NCBI GenBank assembly: GCA_040357565.1 | Contig: JBDODJ010000010.1 | From: Cercozoa sp. M6MM | Taxonomy: Eukaryota > Protista > Endomyxa: Ascetosporea | Reading direction: 5' to 3' (one strand) | DNA: 64,000 nt | In this document: positions 1 through 12,800 of the stretch, in pieces | Numbering within the stretch: position 1 is the first letter of the stretch | Layout of the letters: the number at the start of each line of letters is the position of its first letter | Translations under genes and position numbers: made by a program | Notes under the pieces: model-generated | Databases searched by the model: none | The model's input: the letters and a program-made list of their open reading frames with translations, nothing else | What the model was told of the DNA's origin: nothing

Positions 1-555
1 TCACCCATGCAGTTATAAGTCAAAGAAAACCTACCACGGAGCGTCTTAAAGTGTCCTACCTTACGGGACAAAAGGTTTGACACTAAAGCACGCACAAGAA
101 GGGTAACCTTGAAAGCCAAGAAGAATAGCATAGATTCGCTGTTTGGTTAGAGTAAGCGATACTAATGTCTGAGTTGCGATTTCTTTCAAAAGATGTCCAA
201 TTGTCATCAGCGTTGTACAAGCACTACAGGCACGACCGACATGCATTTTGACCCCAGACACACCACAATAATGGGGTAAATGCACCTGCAGCATTGTGAG
301 TTGCCCAGGGTGCTTGATGAACCGAGCCTCGTTCACTAGGCGTGCAGATGCAACGTCTGCACCAAGCGCAGTGTCAGTGTTGGACGAAATCTTTTGTGAA
401 AGCACGACGGTGGCAACGAGAAGCACAAGTGTAGCGCACGTGAGAGAAAAGACGACGAAACGCGCAATTGTAGTCAGCCGCGTGAGAGAACTGGCATTTT
501 GATCCAACTCGGCGGTCACAGTGGCAAAGTCATGACTTTGCCGCCTCGGGGCCAT
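1..555 (-). CDS. 5' part of a type II membrane protein of unknown function (runs off the window start)
   Basis: ATG at 555, then a hydrophobic segment (FVVFSLTCATLVLLVATVVL), a GT-AG intron near 285 and a CSAC motif. Family not recognised. Confidence 0.4.
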
Positions 556-1129
556 TGGGGCAGAAAACCTTGCACCGTCACGTGACGACGGACGCGAGAA
601 ACAAATGCAACTGTACTGTACTCACGTTTGAGGTCCACGTCTCAGTGCGCGTTGCACTGCGTGCACTGAAACGCGAGCAAGCAGCTGCACAGGAGGTGGC
701 CACACGCGACCCATCATGACATGACGGAAGCGATCACTTCTCAGTAGGTGGCCGCTTTTTAAACTTGGGTTGGTCGCAGCTCAGTGCCCACGTACGACAC
801 AACGCGTTGAGATGCTTCAGGGCGTAATGAAAGGTACTGGAAAGGTGTACTCATTGGATCAATTTTTGTCTTAAATTGCGATCAATTTGCCCCCCGCCCA
901 GGTTGGCTGTTAAAGCGGGGCAAGCGCCTCCTGTCTCGTTGGAGGTGTCGATTTTTTGTCCTTAAATCAAACGGAGACTTAGCCTACTACACCGACGAAA
1001 GTTGCGGGCAGTTGCTTGGCGTGTGCTCGCTGGGTGACGCCGTTCGGTGCCTGATTTCGATTTAAACCTAACTGTACCCAAACGTGTTTTTGACCTTGAT
1101 ATCTGCCAGACTGTTAAGTGTGGATGTGA

Positions 1130-3285
1130 GAAATGATTCTGACTTCAAGGGCGCCCTCCGTGAAGTCACTACGTAGAATCTCACCCTCCCTGCATGCTTA
1201 CAAATCCTGCTTTTGTGTCGCTATAGCAAACACTCGTCTCGTGCGTTCAAAATCGTTTCAAAAGCACGGTAAAATGATACTGATTTAATTCATATATGCC
1301 ATTTGTCACACCCGGCATGTGACCCGTACCCTCCTAGCGTGTGGTGCTTTGTGCCGATGAAAGATTCGGTGGACCAGTGGCTGTCTCAGTTGACGCCATT
1401 CATTCCTGTACGATGGCTACCCTTCAGGCACACTCACAGTCTGAAAATTTAGATTTAAGTTGAGTTTACAGGGTGGAAACGGTCGTGCAGCACTTGTCCC
1501 TTCAATATCGGTAGAGTTGTCTTCACATGCTTTGCCGTACGTTGTGGTTCGTTAATCGCTGGGACTTTTTGCAGGGCTATCTTGCTCAATTCAACCTTCG
1601 AAGCAAGAAGTGGGAACTCTGCTTCGCGGCTTTGTGGTAAAATCTTGTTGCTTTCTTCCGGCTCCGTCACAGCTCGTCAGTGATTGTTGCTGTTGCTGCA
1701 GCTCACCGTCGCTGTTCTTGTTCAACGACAAGAAGGGATTCAGCGCCTTCTTTGCCGAAGAACAAGCTCGCGCTGTTGGCCAATTACCAAACGTGTGTTT
1801 TCTTTAGCAATGCTGTGACCGTGTTACTGTATCAAACAAGTTTACAACAACGAATATGATACACAGAGTCATCGCAGTAGTCACTTGCTTGAGATCCTGC
1901 CGTTGTCTGGTGCTTCGGTTGTCAAAGCAGGATGCAGTCACGCTGATAGTCACATTGTAAGTCTCTTTATGTATAATAAGTTCTCTGCGCATACACGCCC
2001 GTCACGTAGCTCTCACTGTTGCGACGTCTGGACACTGAAGATTCCGGCGTGTCTGAGGTGTGCTTTTTTGAGTACCTGTTTTGCGATAAGATCATGACGT
2101 CAGTGTATGTATTTCTGCAGGCCGCTGGGGAGACTGAAAGCTTCATTTCTGTGCTGACTCGTATGTCTGTTTATTTTTGTGTACGCTAGTAAAGTTACCT
2201 CGATCTGTGCACTTTTGTTTTTATAGAACAAAAGAAAAGCGTGCAGTTCTTGGCGAAAAATTCAAGCGCCGCACATCGGTGGGAGCAGGCGCTAAAGAAT
2301 GTGCACTGCGAGGACACTTCATTGTCAAGTGTACTTCATCCTTACTGTTGTGCAAGTGTAATATGAAGTCATCAGGTATTGCAGACAGCGGAAGTTAGCA
2401 ACAAAGCGCTACCGTTGTTGGCCTCTTTAGAGACACTCCTATCGTCTTGTGCGGTAGACATAATAGTGTTCATTCTGAGGTTTTTATATTTTATGTGGTA
2501 CATAAATCTATGGGTATTTTGTTTAGACATCCCGTGAACACACCCGAGCGTTCCGACGATTCGCCAATTCCGAGTCGCCATTGCTTGATTTGGCCGTGCG
2601 GATTGCTGAATGGCGCGCCTTTGCGCAAATTAACTCAGCCGATCCAATCGTAAAGAAAGAAGCCGCGTCTCTGTGTGCAAAACTCAAAGATGAACTGGAA
2701 GAAGCCTGCAGCGCACTTGATGACGGTGGTGTAATCACTGTTGAAAGTTTTGATGACGTCTGTAACCTGCTCCTTGAGGCTATTGCGACCGATTTGGTAT
2801 TCTTGTTGCTCTGTGTCACTTGTTTGTCCTTTTAATGTCTTGACGTTTTGTTGTTGTTCAGAGCAAAAAAGGCGTTTGTCAAGTTCTCCAAAACCTTGAA
2901 TTTATGCCTCCGCCCTTACCGCACCTAGCCCCGATGTCACCTTTGCCGGTACTTTGCCGGTCTTACGGTTCTACTATTCAACTCTGAGTGTTACATTGTC
3001 TTTTGCTTGTTTAGGGATCTCTGCTGGTTTCGCCAACACTTCAAACAGTTCTACATGACGACGAGTTTGACGCCTTGTTTCAGTCTGTTGTTTCTGCCTC
3101 GGTCTATTCCAGAAATGTATATTTGTAGAGAACCCGACGAGCTCAGCGGAGATCGTTTGCTTCAGGTACGAGACAATGTTTGTCCTCTGTTCGGCGTGGA
3201 TCAATTTTTTCGCTAGGCGCTGCAAGACCAACGCGTATGCACTCGAATTATCGAGCAGCTTCAAGACCATTGGTATCCTCATCGA

Positions 3286-3325
<40 letters not shown>

Positions 3326-3347
3326 TGTGTGTGTGTGCGTGCGTGTG

Positions 3348-3378
<31 letters not shown>

Positions 3379-6300
3379 CGTGTGGTGTGTGTGTGTGTGT
3401 GTTATAGATATTCTCCTTTAAATTTATATATTTTAAACTGACTTGATAGCGATGCTCGGCTCTGCGCCCGGTTTGTGCGCGAACTGTACTCAGTTCAAAA
3501 GTTGGAATACACCCAGTTCAGACGGAGACGTTGCGTTGACCTCTACCGAAAGTTTGTATCGATTGTCAATGCAGAGTGCTTGCCGCTCAATAGTGCACAA
3601 CTGCATAGCACACGAATCGCATTGGTACTTTTAAAGAGGATCGGACTTCCTAGCTCTTGTTCACTCACTATTCTCGAATCTTAGCTGTGTGCTGACTCGT
3701 CTCCGTTTGATGTCGCTGCTCGTGCGGCGCAAGCTTGCGTATCATTCCTTTTATACCCGCCCCCTGTTTCTTGTACACACTGAGTGTGCGTCCTTATTAG
3801 GTGGAAAAAGCACTCGCCGACCAGCCAGCGGAGTGGAAGGCAGCCCTCATGGTATGTTAGGCGCGGTTGTTTACTACCGCCAGTTCTGTCAATGCTGTAG
3901 ACATTGACATCGACACCATTGCGACTTGATTCGAACTGCGTTGCTCCTCTGTTTCCATGGCTCAAGTCGCCGACTTCCAGCACCCGTTCTGTGGATTACG
4001 TAATTGACTACGACCTAGTGTGCATGAAGTAGGGAACACCGTCGTGCCTGTTAACGCACAGGCTTTTGTGATGACGCGATCTGACAGCGATTATTTTGTG
4101 CGATGGAGCCGACGCATCGCAGGAGCGACGAACTACTTCGAGTGTCATGTAATTTTATACTCGTTTACCCTGCCTCTATGCATCCCGTCTCTATCGTGCT
4201 TCGTTTCAGAGCGAAATCGAGCGCTTTGAAAGAACCGTTGATGAAATTGTTGGCAGACTGGGTACAGTACTGTATACCTATGGGCGATACCTTTTATGGT
4301 ATGCTCGCCTGGCTTGTTGGTAGGAGAAACGTCTATACAGGGGCACACTCGAGTCGAAGATTTGGTCGAGAGCATCTACAAGACGTTCCTTCTTCCAGAA
4401 TCACCGCTATGCGTCTGTGCGTCGGATACGGACTTGCACGTGCTGAACCTCTTCACAACCTTCGGCAGATACATGTTTCAGCCGCTCAAGGTCTTTGTCG
4501 AAACCCACGTCACCACTGTAAACCGATGCGATAATGCAGTGCTAGACTGAAACACTGGTGATGTTTATCGCTATCATTGCTTTGTCTGTTGAAAGGTGTT
4601 GTGGCCTCGTTTTCAACGTGAACGCAAAACCGCTAACAGGAACTTTGTGATGATAAAGTCGTCCAAGAAGAATAACTTGCTTGTCCCGTACCTTTGCTTG
4701 ACCTGTGTATTGTTTTGGACTCATTTATGTGGATTCGGATCTTTCGCATCGCGTAGGGGACTCAAGGATCCTCCAAAGTTCGCATCAGGTACGCATTTTT
4801 AGTTCTTCTGGTCGAGCAAATCAACGATTTGGTGCATAGTCTTGATTGATGCTCGGTTGGGACGTTATTTTCGGGTGTTTGTCGAACGTGATTGTGTTTC
4901 CTTCTTCCACGAACTGCTGTTCTTTGACGCTGTCCACGAGTACAAGTACATGGAAACGGCTGAGGACCGATACAGCGTGGGTCATATTTTATTTTGTGAA
5001 CGACGTGAATTGGGTTGTAAAGGTGTGTCGTAGTGTGCTCACAGAATTGCCGATCGATTTCTTCGTTCTGACGCCCCTCAGAAGGTAGATTTAAAGGTTT
5101 AGAAACTCGAAGGCACAAGTAAGTACGTATTGTGTGTTCTTGCTAAATTTACATGTAGTTGCTTTACGTTCGCGACGAAATCGTGAGCGATATTCTGCAG
5201 CAAATTGTAAATTTATATAATTTAGTTATTTTAGCACAATATCATGTGTCCTTCCACACAGTAAGTTTGATTTCTCGAGTCTCTGCACAGGATCAAGTGT
5301 CCGTTCCGAGAACCTTACTCGATTTTGCACAAGAGCAAGCGTTTACTGCTTTGGATGCTAACTGCTACTGTAAAAACTGCTTTCCTATTCGCTGTGTTGG
5401 TATTTATCAAATTTAAATGGTACTTGCTTAGGCGCACACTTTTTTGACTCCGACATGTACAAACGGATGTGTCTGCACTTGCAACGCATGTACAACCTCT
5501 CTGAGATGTTACCTTCGCTAGTGCTATTATCGTGATCGACAGTAAATTTAGTGCCTCGCCCGCGACGAAACGAAACACTGTTGTCTTGGGTTTTCCTAAA
5601 AATGCAGTAAGTTTTTCAATAAACTTTCGCTGACTCCAGTGAGATACAAATCTACAGGAAGAGTTCGAATCACTGCTTCTTCACAGTCAAGGTAACTTGC
5701 ATCCATTTTAGCGAGGTATAAATTTTACACTGTAGATTTACGAGTGAGTAGAGACCTCGCTGGGCGAACAGTTTGAAGCCTTCCTCCGTGATGCATACTG
5801 CGTCGAAAACCTTCTGTTTTGCCGACGGTGCCAACACAGTCTTTTCTCCCAGCTAAAGTTTGTAACTCTACTGAGTTTCGTTTTTGCAGCGTCCAGCAGT
5901 TCCGTGACGCAGCTCTCGCTGTAGAACGCCGCATATTTGGTGCGTTTTGAATCTCGTCAATATTACCGATATCACGTGTCCGTGGGACTTATATTTAAAA
6001 TTACTTGATTCTCTTATACACAACAGTGCGTAAAATCTTCGAAGATTTTCTCAGTGATGAAGCGCCTTTGCATATCAACTTACCGAGTGTGGTAAATTTG
6101 CATTCATAGATTTTGGTCTACTATCACCCGCCTTGAAATGGGTTGTGTTTCATGATTTCACAGGTGGCTGTCCAACTGGTCAACAAGCTAGAAAAGTCCG
6201 CAGGTGCACCATCACCAAGCGTATTCGACTCCGCACAGTCCGAAATACTACAACTGATGTGGACTGACTCTTGTAACTCATCACTTCTGTTTTGCTTTCA

Positions 6301-6426
6301 TTTGTTTTCTCGATAACATTTTTGATACCTTATATTTATTTGCAGGGGCGCGCTTTGTTTCCACGCTTCAGTGCTCAGGATAGGTGGCTGTGCGGTTGGA
6401 GTTCGATTCGATCACGTCGAAACTAA
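1130..6426 (+). CDS. Multi-exon protein with at least 3-4 tandem RGS (regulator of G-protein signalling) domains; 5' end uncertain
   Basis: RGS-like exon peptides: LGEQFEAFLRDAYCVENLLFC (~5760), KIFEDFLSDEAPLHINLP (~6030), SVFDSAQSEILQLMWTDS/ALFPRF (6220-6370), LGRYFRVFVERDCVSFFHELLFFDAVHEY (~4860), AHRIADRFLRSDAPQK (~5040), LLDFAQEQAFTALD (~5320), IYKTFLLPESPLCV (~4375), RAFRRFANSESPLLDLAVRIAEW (~2545). Stop TAA at 6424-6426. Confidence 0.75.
3288..3401 (+). repeat. (TG)n microsatellite, intronic
   Basis: Direct reading; imperfect TG array. Confidence 0.95.
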
Positions 6427-6843
6427 TCATGAGCAGAGTGGCCGTCTCGCAGCGAACGTAACCTTCGTTTTTCAGAATTCGAAGTTTTCGAACCAAACGT
6501 CAGCATCGATCTGACTGTCGTCGCGTACGGTACCGTCGGTGTACCTCTGCGTCGTATCGCGTCGCCGGCGCGGCGCTGACTTACTAAGTTTAGCTATACG
6601 ATTGCTGGCTAGCTATATGTATCGTATGACGCCATGGTAAATGATGACGTGACCGGACGTTACACCAGGTCGCTCAAGTTATAGTGATCGCAGCTCACAT
6701 GAGCGACCGGACAGAATCAGCGCCGTTCCAGCTGCGTTTCTCAGTAACGTGAACACGACAGGACAGTTCAGGTCACTGCGCGTGCAGGAATTCACGTTAA
6801 GCACCATTGTCTTGCTCTTGCTGAGCCGCCTGAATTGCTCCCA

Positions 6844-8010
6844 TTAGCTTCGCGAAGTCGCGTGCACTGCGACGTGATTCCTTCTTGGCCTACGGAATAT
6901 ACGTAATCGAAATATCGGCACAACACAAATGCGATTCTGTTGCCTTAACAGAGGGTTGAAAATTGTTCCAACAGGTAAAACATCGATTTTATCGTATTGA
7001 TTCGCTATTGCCCAAGTAAAATGCACCTTGCGGTAATGGGATTGTTCTGCAAGCTTGTCGTGAAGCACATCAGGTCGGAAGCTGCTGGATTTTTTCACTA
7101 TCCTGCGTAAATCCGGCTCTGGTTCTACGAGACTGTCGGATTTGCCTGTGCCTGGGGTGATGATGTGCGAGTCCTCTTTTTCTTCTTCAGCTTCACTGTC
7201 GTCTATTTCATCGCTTCCGAATTCCTCCTCGGAGCTCGTACTTTCGTCATCAACATCGGTAGCCTCGTCGATTTCGCCTCCCCTCTCGTTCCCGTACTCA
7301 AGTTCAACGTGTTGCATGACAATTTCGTCTTCACTTTTTATTCCATCCGATTTCAAATTTCCATCTATCACCCATCCGCTTCATCTTAATTCTCATGATC
7401 AGGTAGCGTAAAGTACTGATGGTGTACAGTATTTACACACTTGCATGGAATTCTTACTGTCAGCCTCCGCGAATCCCGAGTGCTTTCTCTTCTCCATCCG
7501 GTCGGAGACTTTGCCGATACGTTTCGGCCCAGAGCTTCGACGAGGAGCATGTCTTTCGGTTGTGGCGCGTGCTTGACTGTACGTGTTTTTGCCTTCGAGC
7601 TGGCTCGGTTTTCTTCTGCTTTGTTGGACAGCAACTGCGTTTTGCTTGCGTGTTGAGCTTGAAGCGATGCAGCCCATTCAACAGTGGCCTGATTGAGCTT
7701 TTGCAGCAAACGTTTCAGTTAGCGTTGTGTCTAATTGCACTGGACTCACCAATCGTGATGAGTTTGTCCCCCCCTCTGGGTCGGTCAAATTTTTCCAAAA
7801 ACAGCGTTTCTCTCGAAACTCTGCCATCTGCCGTGGCAAAAAAGCCACACAATCCAACCAAACCACGTCGTTTGGCAACTACACCAAGCCTGTACAGTAC
7901 TTCACTTTATCTAGTTGTCTGCACGGCACCTTTTAGGTATGGATTCGAAGCTGAAGGCCACTGGGGGGGAAGCTCGATATTCGTATCCTTTACCGTAGGG
8001 CTTTAATGAA
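6844..8010 (-). CDS. Hypothetical multi-exon low-complexity acidic protein
   Basis: Adjacent minus-strand ORFs 7386-7709 and 6844-7371 with a D/E-rich tract. No family recognised. Confidence 0.4.
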
Positions 8011-8296
8011 GGCACACTTCAACATGTCGTCCGCAATTCCACATGCCGAAGATTTGACAAAGGTGTTCGCATCCTACTCGAAACTTTGTGGACGACGGCG
8101 AAGTTCAATTCATGGTGGTAATTCCCTTCCCTGTGCTCTCTTGATCGACAGAAGCCTGAAGGAGCTCTAAATTATAGGTTCTGTATCGTTGTTCAGCTCA
8201 AGCCGTCATTCCAAAAATAGACAGTGCTAGGTTTGTCAAGATTATCCAAGATGCAGGCTTAGAAATTCCCAGCAACCTGGTTCTACCCACTTTAAC

Positions 8297-8298
<2 letters not shown>

Positions 8299-8344
<46 letters not shown>

Positions 8345-8458
8345 NNNNNNNNNNNNNNNNNNNNNNNNNNNNNNNNNNNNNNNNNNNNNNNNNNNNNNNN
8401 NNNNNNNNNNNNNNNNNNNNNNNNNNNNNNNNNNNNNNNNNNNNCCCCCCCCCCCCAC
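8299..8458. repeat. (CA)n microsatellite, N-gap and poly-C
   Basis: Direct reading. Confidence 0.95.
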
Positions 8459-8577
8459 TTGGCTGAGATCCAGTGTCAAAGTCGTCATCGATAAAGCTGC
8501 CTAATTCGCTCTAGTTTCGCAGGCTAGAAAAATGGAGCTTCGCTGAACGCCAACCAGGACTGAGACGAGACTGCGGG

Positions 8578-8745
8578 TTAGGGGTATGGGGGGTTCGAGG
8601 CAAAACCGAACCCCCAAAATATCTACCCCTTACCCCCTTTTAGCCCCCTTACCCCTCCCCTTAACCTCTCGATTTGATTCTGATTTTGTGGAAACCAAGT
8701 ACAATTTAACGTAAAAGTGGGTTTCAAACGCCCCAGAACCCTTGG
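8578..8745 (+). mobile_element. MITE-like repeat, related to the copy at 40970-41512
   Basis: Shares the pattern GGGGTA..GG.TTCGAGGCAAA..GAACCCCCAAA(A)TATCTACCC(C)TTA...TGATTCTGATTTTG with 40970-41136. Confidence 0.65.
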
Positions 8746-8769
8746 AGGGGTTACCGCATCGCGACTCGA

Positions 8770-9572
8770 CTAGGAGACGGGAAAGGCGGGTTCCAGCGCC
8801 GCAGAGATAGCTTCAACGGCAGCTTCCACCTGCAACAGAAGCACTTGTGCCATTCCATCGAAAACGCAATGTACAGTGCAAGAACCTTCGCGCATGCAGC
8901 ACCCGTTTCTTCGCACGCTTTCTGTTCGTGCACAAAGTAAAAGATCTCAATGAGACAACGGACAGAAACTACGGTGTCAAGAATCGCCACAAACGGCAAA
9001 AACGACGTCGTTGCGGAAACCACCATGCACAGGTGCTCATCCTGCAATGAAAGTGTTAGTTGTAACCATTTTGTATCGGGTTCGTGTCTCTACCGGAATA
9101 TTGAACGTGAACACTGTGGCCGGAATCTCCGTGTCACCTCGTTCCATTCGCTCGTCTTCCTGTGCTCGGTAAAAAAGCACTGAGCGATACAACGACGTGC
9201 AATACGCACCATCTCTAATCGTCGTTCCAACAGCACTCGCGCCAGTGCACACAACGAGCACAGGCGTGATTGAACCTGCCCACAAAAGGTGCGTGGAGTG
9301 TACTTAGCACCAAGGGACGAGCACCTCAGAGGCTAGCCGCAAAGAAACACTGCTGGTGCGGTACGGGAAATCGCCGTCGCAAACCGAGGCTTGCACAAGC
9401 ACCTCACCATTCGGCTGTGCCAACGCGGTACACAGGACGCCTACAACTAACATATTTTTGAACGCAAAAAAAAGCCTACAAACCGTTGCCGAGAACGAGG
9501 GTCGCCAGGCGCCGGATTGTGTCCCATTGGACAAGCTGAGCAGGGATCAGCTACACGACGTACGGACATTAT
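8770..9572 (-). CDS. Small multi-exon protein, possibly roadblock/LAMTOR2-like
   Basis: Exon peptides IRRLATLVLGNG/VLCTALAQPNGEVLVQASV...LRLASEVLVPW and a C-terminal VEAAVEAISAALEPAF loosely resemble the roadblock fold. Weak. Confidence 0.3.
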
Positions 9573-9894
9573 AAAACCGGAGTCAAAGCGAAACTTATAC
9601 ACTCTCAGGTTCTTGCACTAACTCTGCCATTGAACTTGCACACTGTCACCACCAAAGACTGCTTAGGAAACGCTGGCAATTGTTGGCTTTAATTTCTGTC
9701 GAAAACAGAAAAGTACGGACGCGGTCGACTGCATGTGCTTGCACGAGACGAGAAACAGCCAGCAGCTAGTTTTACAGCTACTGTGCAGGATAAGCACGCC
9801 TGTGGTGGTGTAGAGCTGAGTGAAGCCCCAAGGGGACTAGTTCACTTCAGCGCGTGATTAACAGGTGCGGCTGAGGCCGCTATTCAGACGTCTG

Positions 9895-12800
9895 ATGTCT
9901 AGTGTACCTCTGGCTTGTTACCCTGCTACGTGTGTGATGCGCATGTGCGTTGTGATTCGTCCTTTTTTGTGTGGTCGTGCCCCAAACAAGATTTCTGTGT
10001 CTTGGGCAGCGTTTTTCCAACATCGGTCGCGACGATGACGAGATCCGCCGCGTCGTGCACTCCATCGAGGAGAAGCCGAAATTTGCGCGCCTCGTCGAGT
10101 ACTCACTCAACTGTCTCGGCAGCATGATGCAGAACCGTTTCAACGCCGAGCCGATGATCCAAAGCGGCGGTATCGGCACTATCGAGATGGCGCTCAATAT
10201 GCACATGGGCAAGCCGAAGCTGATGGAAGAGGCTGCGCGCGTCTACAAGGGCATGGCGCGCGCGGGCGAGGAGTATGTGCTCGCTTGCGGTGAATCAGGT
10301 ATCCACCTCCGTACACAGGTGCTGTCTGTCTGTATATACCTTGATATACCGTGACTCTTGCCTAGGTGCCATCAACACGGCGCTTTCGTATCTGGATTGT
10401 GACCCACATGACTGCGGTACGCATGCGTGCGAAGTTTTGGAGTCGCTGTGCGCGACGGACCCGCCTGTCGATGACAACGTGACGCGGCTTCTCGAGGCCA
10501 ATGGCATCGCGCGCATCATCAAGGCGCTTGAGCAGGCGCCGGACAACCCCGATCTCGCGGCTGTGGCCGTGCGACTGCTCAACAAGCTGGGTACGATTTT
10601 GATCGTGCTAAGTGTTCCCGACCCCCTGTGTTTATCTCATTTTCTCACAGGTGCGTACAACGAGAGCATCGCCAAGCAAATCAACGCTCTAGGCGGTGGT
10701 ACGGCCATTCTGAACGCGTTGCAGCGCTTCCCGGACAACGCTGAGCTGGCGCGCAACGCCATCGAGGCGCTGGTGCGACTCGGGCGCATGGACCAGGCCA
10801 CATTCGATTTCCTAAAGTCGCGCGGCATTGTTGGAGCTACGACGCGCGCCATGGACATGCACCCGGATGACGCGTCGCTGCGTCTCATCGGTACCTCGGC
10901 CCTGGAGACCTTCGGTGACCTTGATGACCTGCGCCTGGCGCTAAACTCCGTCTCGGCTGCTGCTACCGGTGGCATCACCGACTACAAGCTCGTCGGACAG
11001 GCCATGGGTATTCTGAGCAACATGGCGCTCATCGACAAGAACCGGTAGCACCATCCCTTATGTTCACTCCTGCTACCCTTGACCTTTTTATGTAATACAG
11101 CGAGTTCATCCTGCGTCAAAACGGCATCCCGGACATGCATGCCGTAGTGGCGCAGTGCGTCGATGTCGCCGTGCACGACGAAGACGCGGCCGATCTGGTG
11201 GCCGCTGGTGTCCGCGGTCTGGGCCGCCTCATCAAGTCGGAGGCGTCGGCGCGCGAGTTCCTTGAGCAAGGCGGCATCGCGACCCTCGAAGACACGCTGC
11301 GCAAACACAAGGACAACCCCAAGGTGACCAACGCCGTCGCCGACGCACTCATGAACCTGTCAGCCACGCAGGTACTCATGTTCATGGTGGTAAGCCGGGA
11401 GGGGTATGTGTATGCGTTGTCTGTGTGCGTAGGCTGGACATTCGGCCATCCTGACGAGCGCCGACCTGATTCCACTCATGGTGCAGGTGTCGGTCGAGCA
11501 CCCGGAGTTCGTGGGCTACAACAACAAGGCCATGCAGGTGTTCGCGCGTCTCGCCGCCAGTGCCGACGGTTTGCAGAAGGCGATGGATGCCGGCCTCATG
11601 GCGGCCTGTGGCGCCGTGCTGGCCACGAGTGGCGACCAGGGTACCCTCCCGGCTTACTCATCCCCTTAACCTCCCCAACCCAACTAACCCGCCCCCCCCC
11701 CGTGCAGGCGTGCTGTTGCGCGACATGGAGCTGCTACAATCCCTGCTGCAGCACTCGGCAGATCTGACGGCAGAGAGCATGGCCGAGTACTGCGTGGAGC
11801 CGTTGATCTCGGTGCTGCAGGACAACCCGACGGACATGCTGCTGGTGAAGAACGCAATGAAGGTGCTCGGCATGCTGGCCCAGCTCAACCCGGCCATCGC
11901 AGACTTCATCAAGGAGCAGGGCGTCCAAGAGGCCATCGACAAGGTGCTCGAGGCCAACATCGGTAACAAGACTGTGAAGCGACTCGCCATGGACTTGCAG
12001 AAGGCCCTGAAGGTGCCCTTCCCTCCTGTTGTTATGCAGCTATCATTAATGTGACCCACCCTGCGGTTACCCGTGTACTCCCATAGGGTTCTTCGTCACT
12101 GACGGACACGCTGCGCAGCGTTCAGAGTCTGGTGGATGCCGTTCTGATGAACCCGAACGACCTGCAGCTACTGGCGGCCTTTGGTGAGCAGCTGCGCACG
12201 ATCGCAAGCTACACGGGCGACGCCAAGCACCTGCAGACCATCCTCAACACGGGTATCATGGCCAAGCTTCCTGAGCTGTTCCGCGCCGTTGGCACCCTCG
12301 CCACGAAGAGCGACACACAGAAGAACCTGCTCGAGGACCTCGCGCTGCTGGCGCTGCAGATGCTGCAGGGCGATGCCAAAACGCGACGCGAGTTTGTTGA
12401 GAGCGGTGCGCTGCGTGCCTTACTAGAGTCCTACACGGCCAACCCGACATACACGCAGCTGGCCGATGCCGTGGTCGAAGCATGCAAATGGCTCGTGCAG
12501 CAAGACGAGGATGGCGACGCCGACGAGGAGCAATGGCTTTTGCAGGAGCTCTTTGCTGCCGGCGCCGTGCCCGTGCTGGATGAGATCTCGAGCAACAACG
12601 CCGAGCTGCCCGAGCTGCTCGCTGACGTCGCTCGTGTGCTCGGACGCCTCGCCATGGATGAGGTGCTTGCGGCTACCAGTGAAACATTGATTTCCCTTAT
12701 ACCATTGATACTCACCTTAGTCGCACGCCGAGCGTGTCGGCGAGGAGGCAGGCGGAGCGCTGGTGACGGCAGTCTCGGCCACTCTGGATTACGCTGTGCA

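Noticed and set aside
3176-3421. ORFs translating as poly-VC, poly-HT or poly-RE (also 17131-17947, 19043-19501, 21133-21576, 42089-43503, 45993-46263, 61031-61442)
   Set aside because: They are read-through of intronic microsatellites and N-gaps, not proteins.
6430-6780. CpG-rich intergenic stretch as a possible ncRNA
   Set aside because: No recognisable tRNA, snRNA or snoRNA motifs and no second copy in the window.
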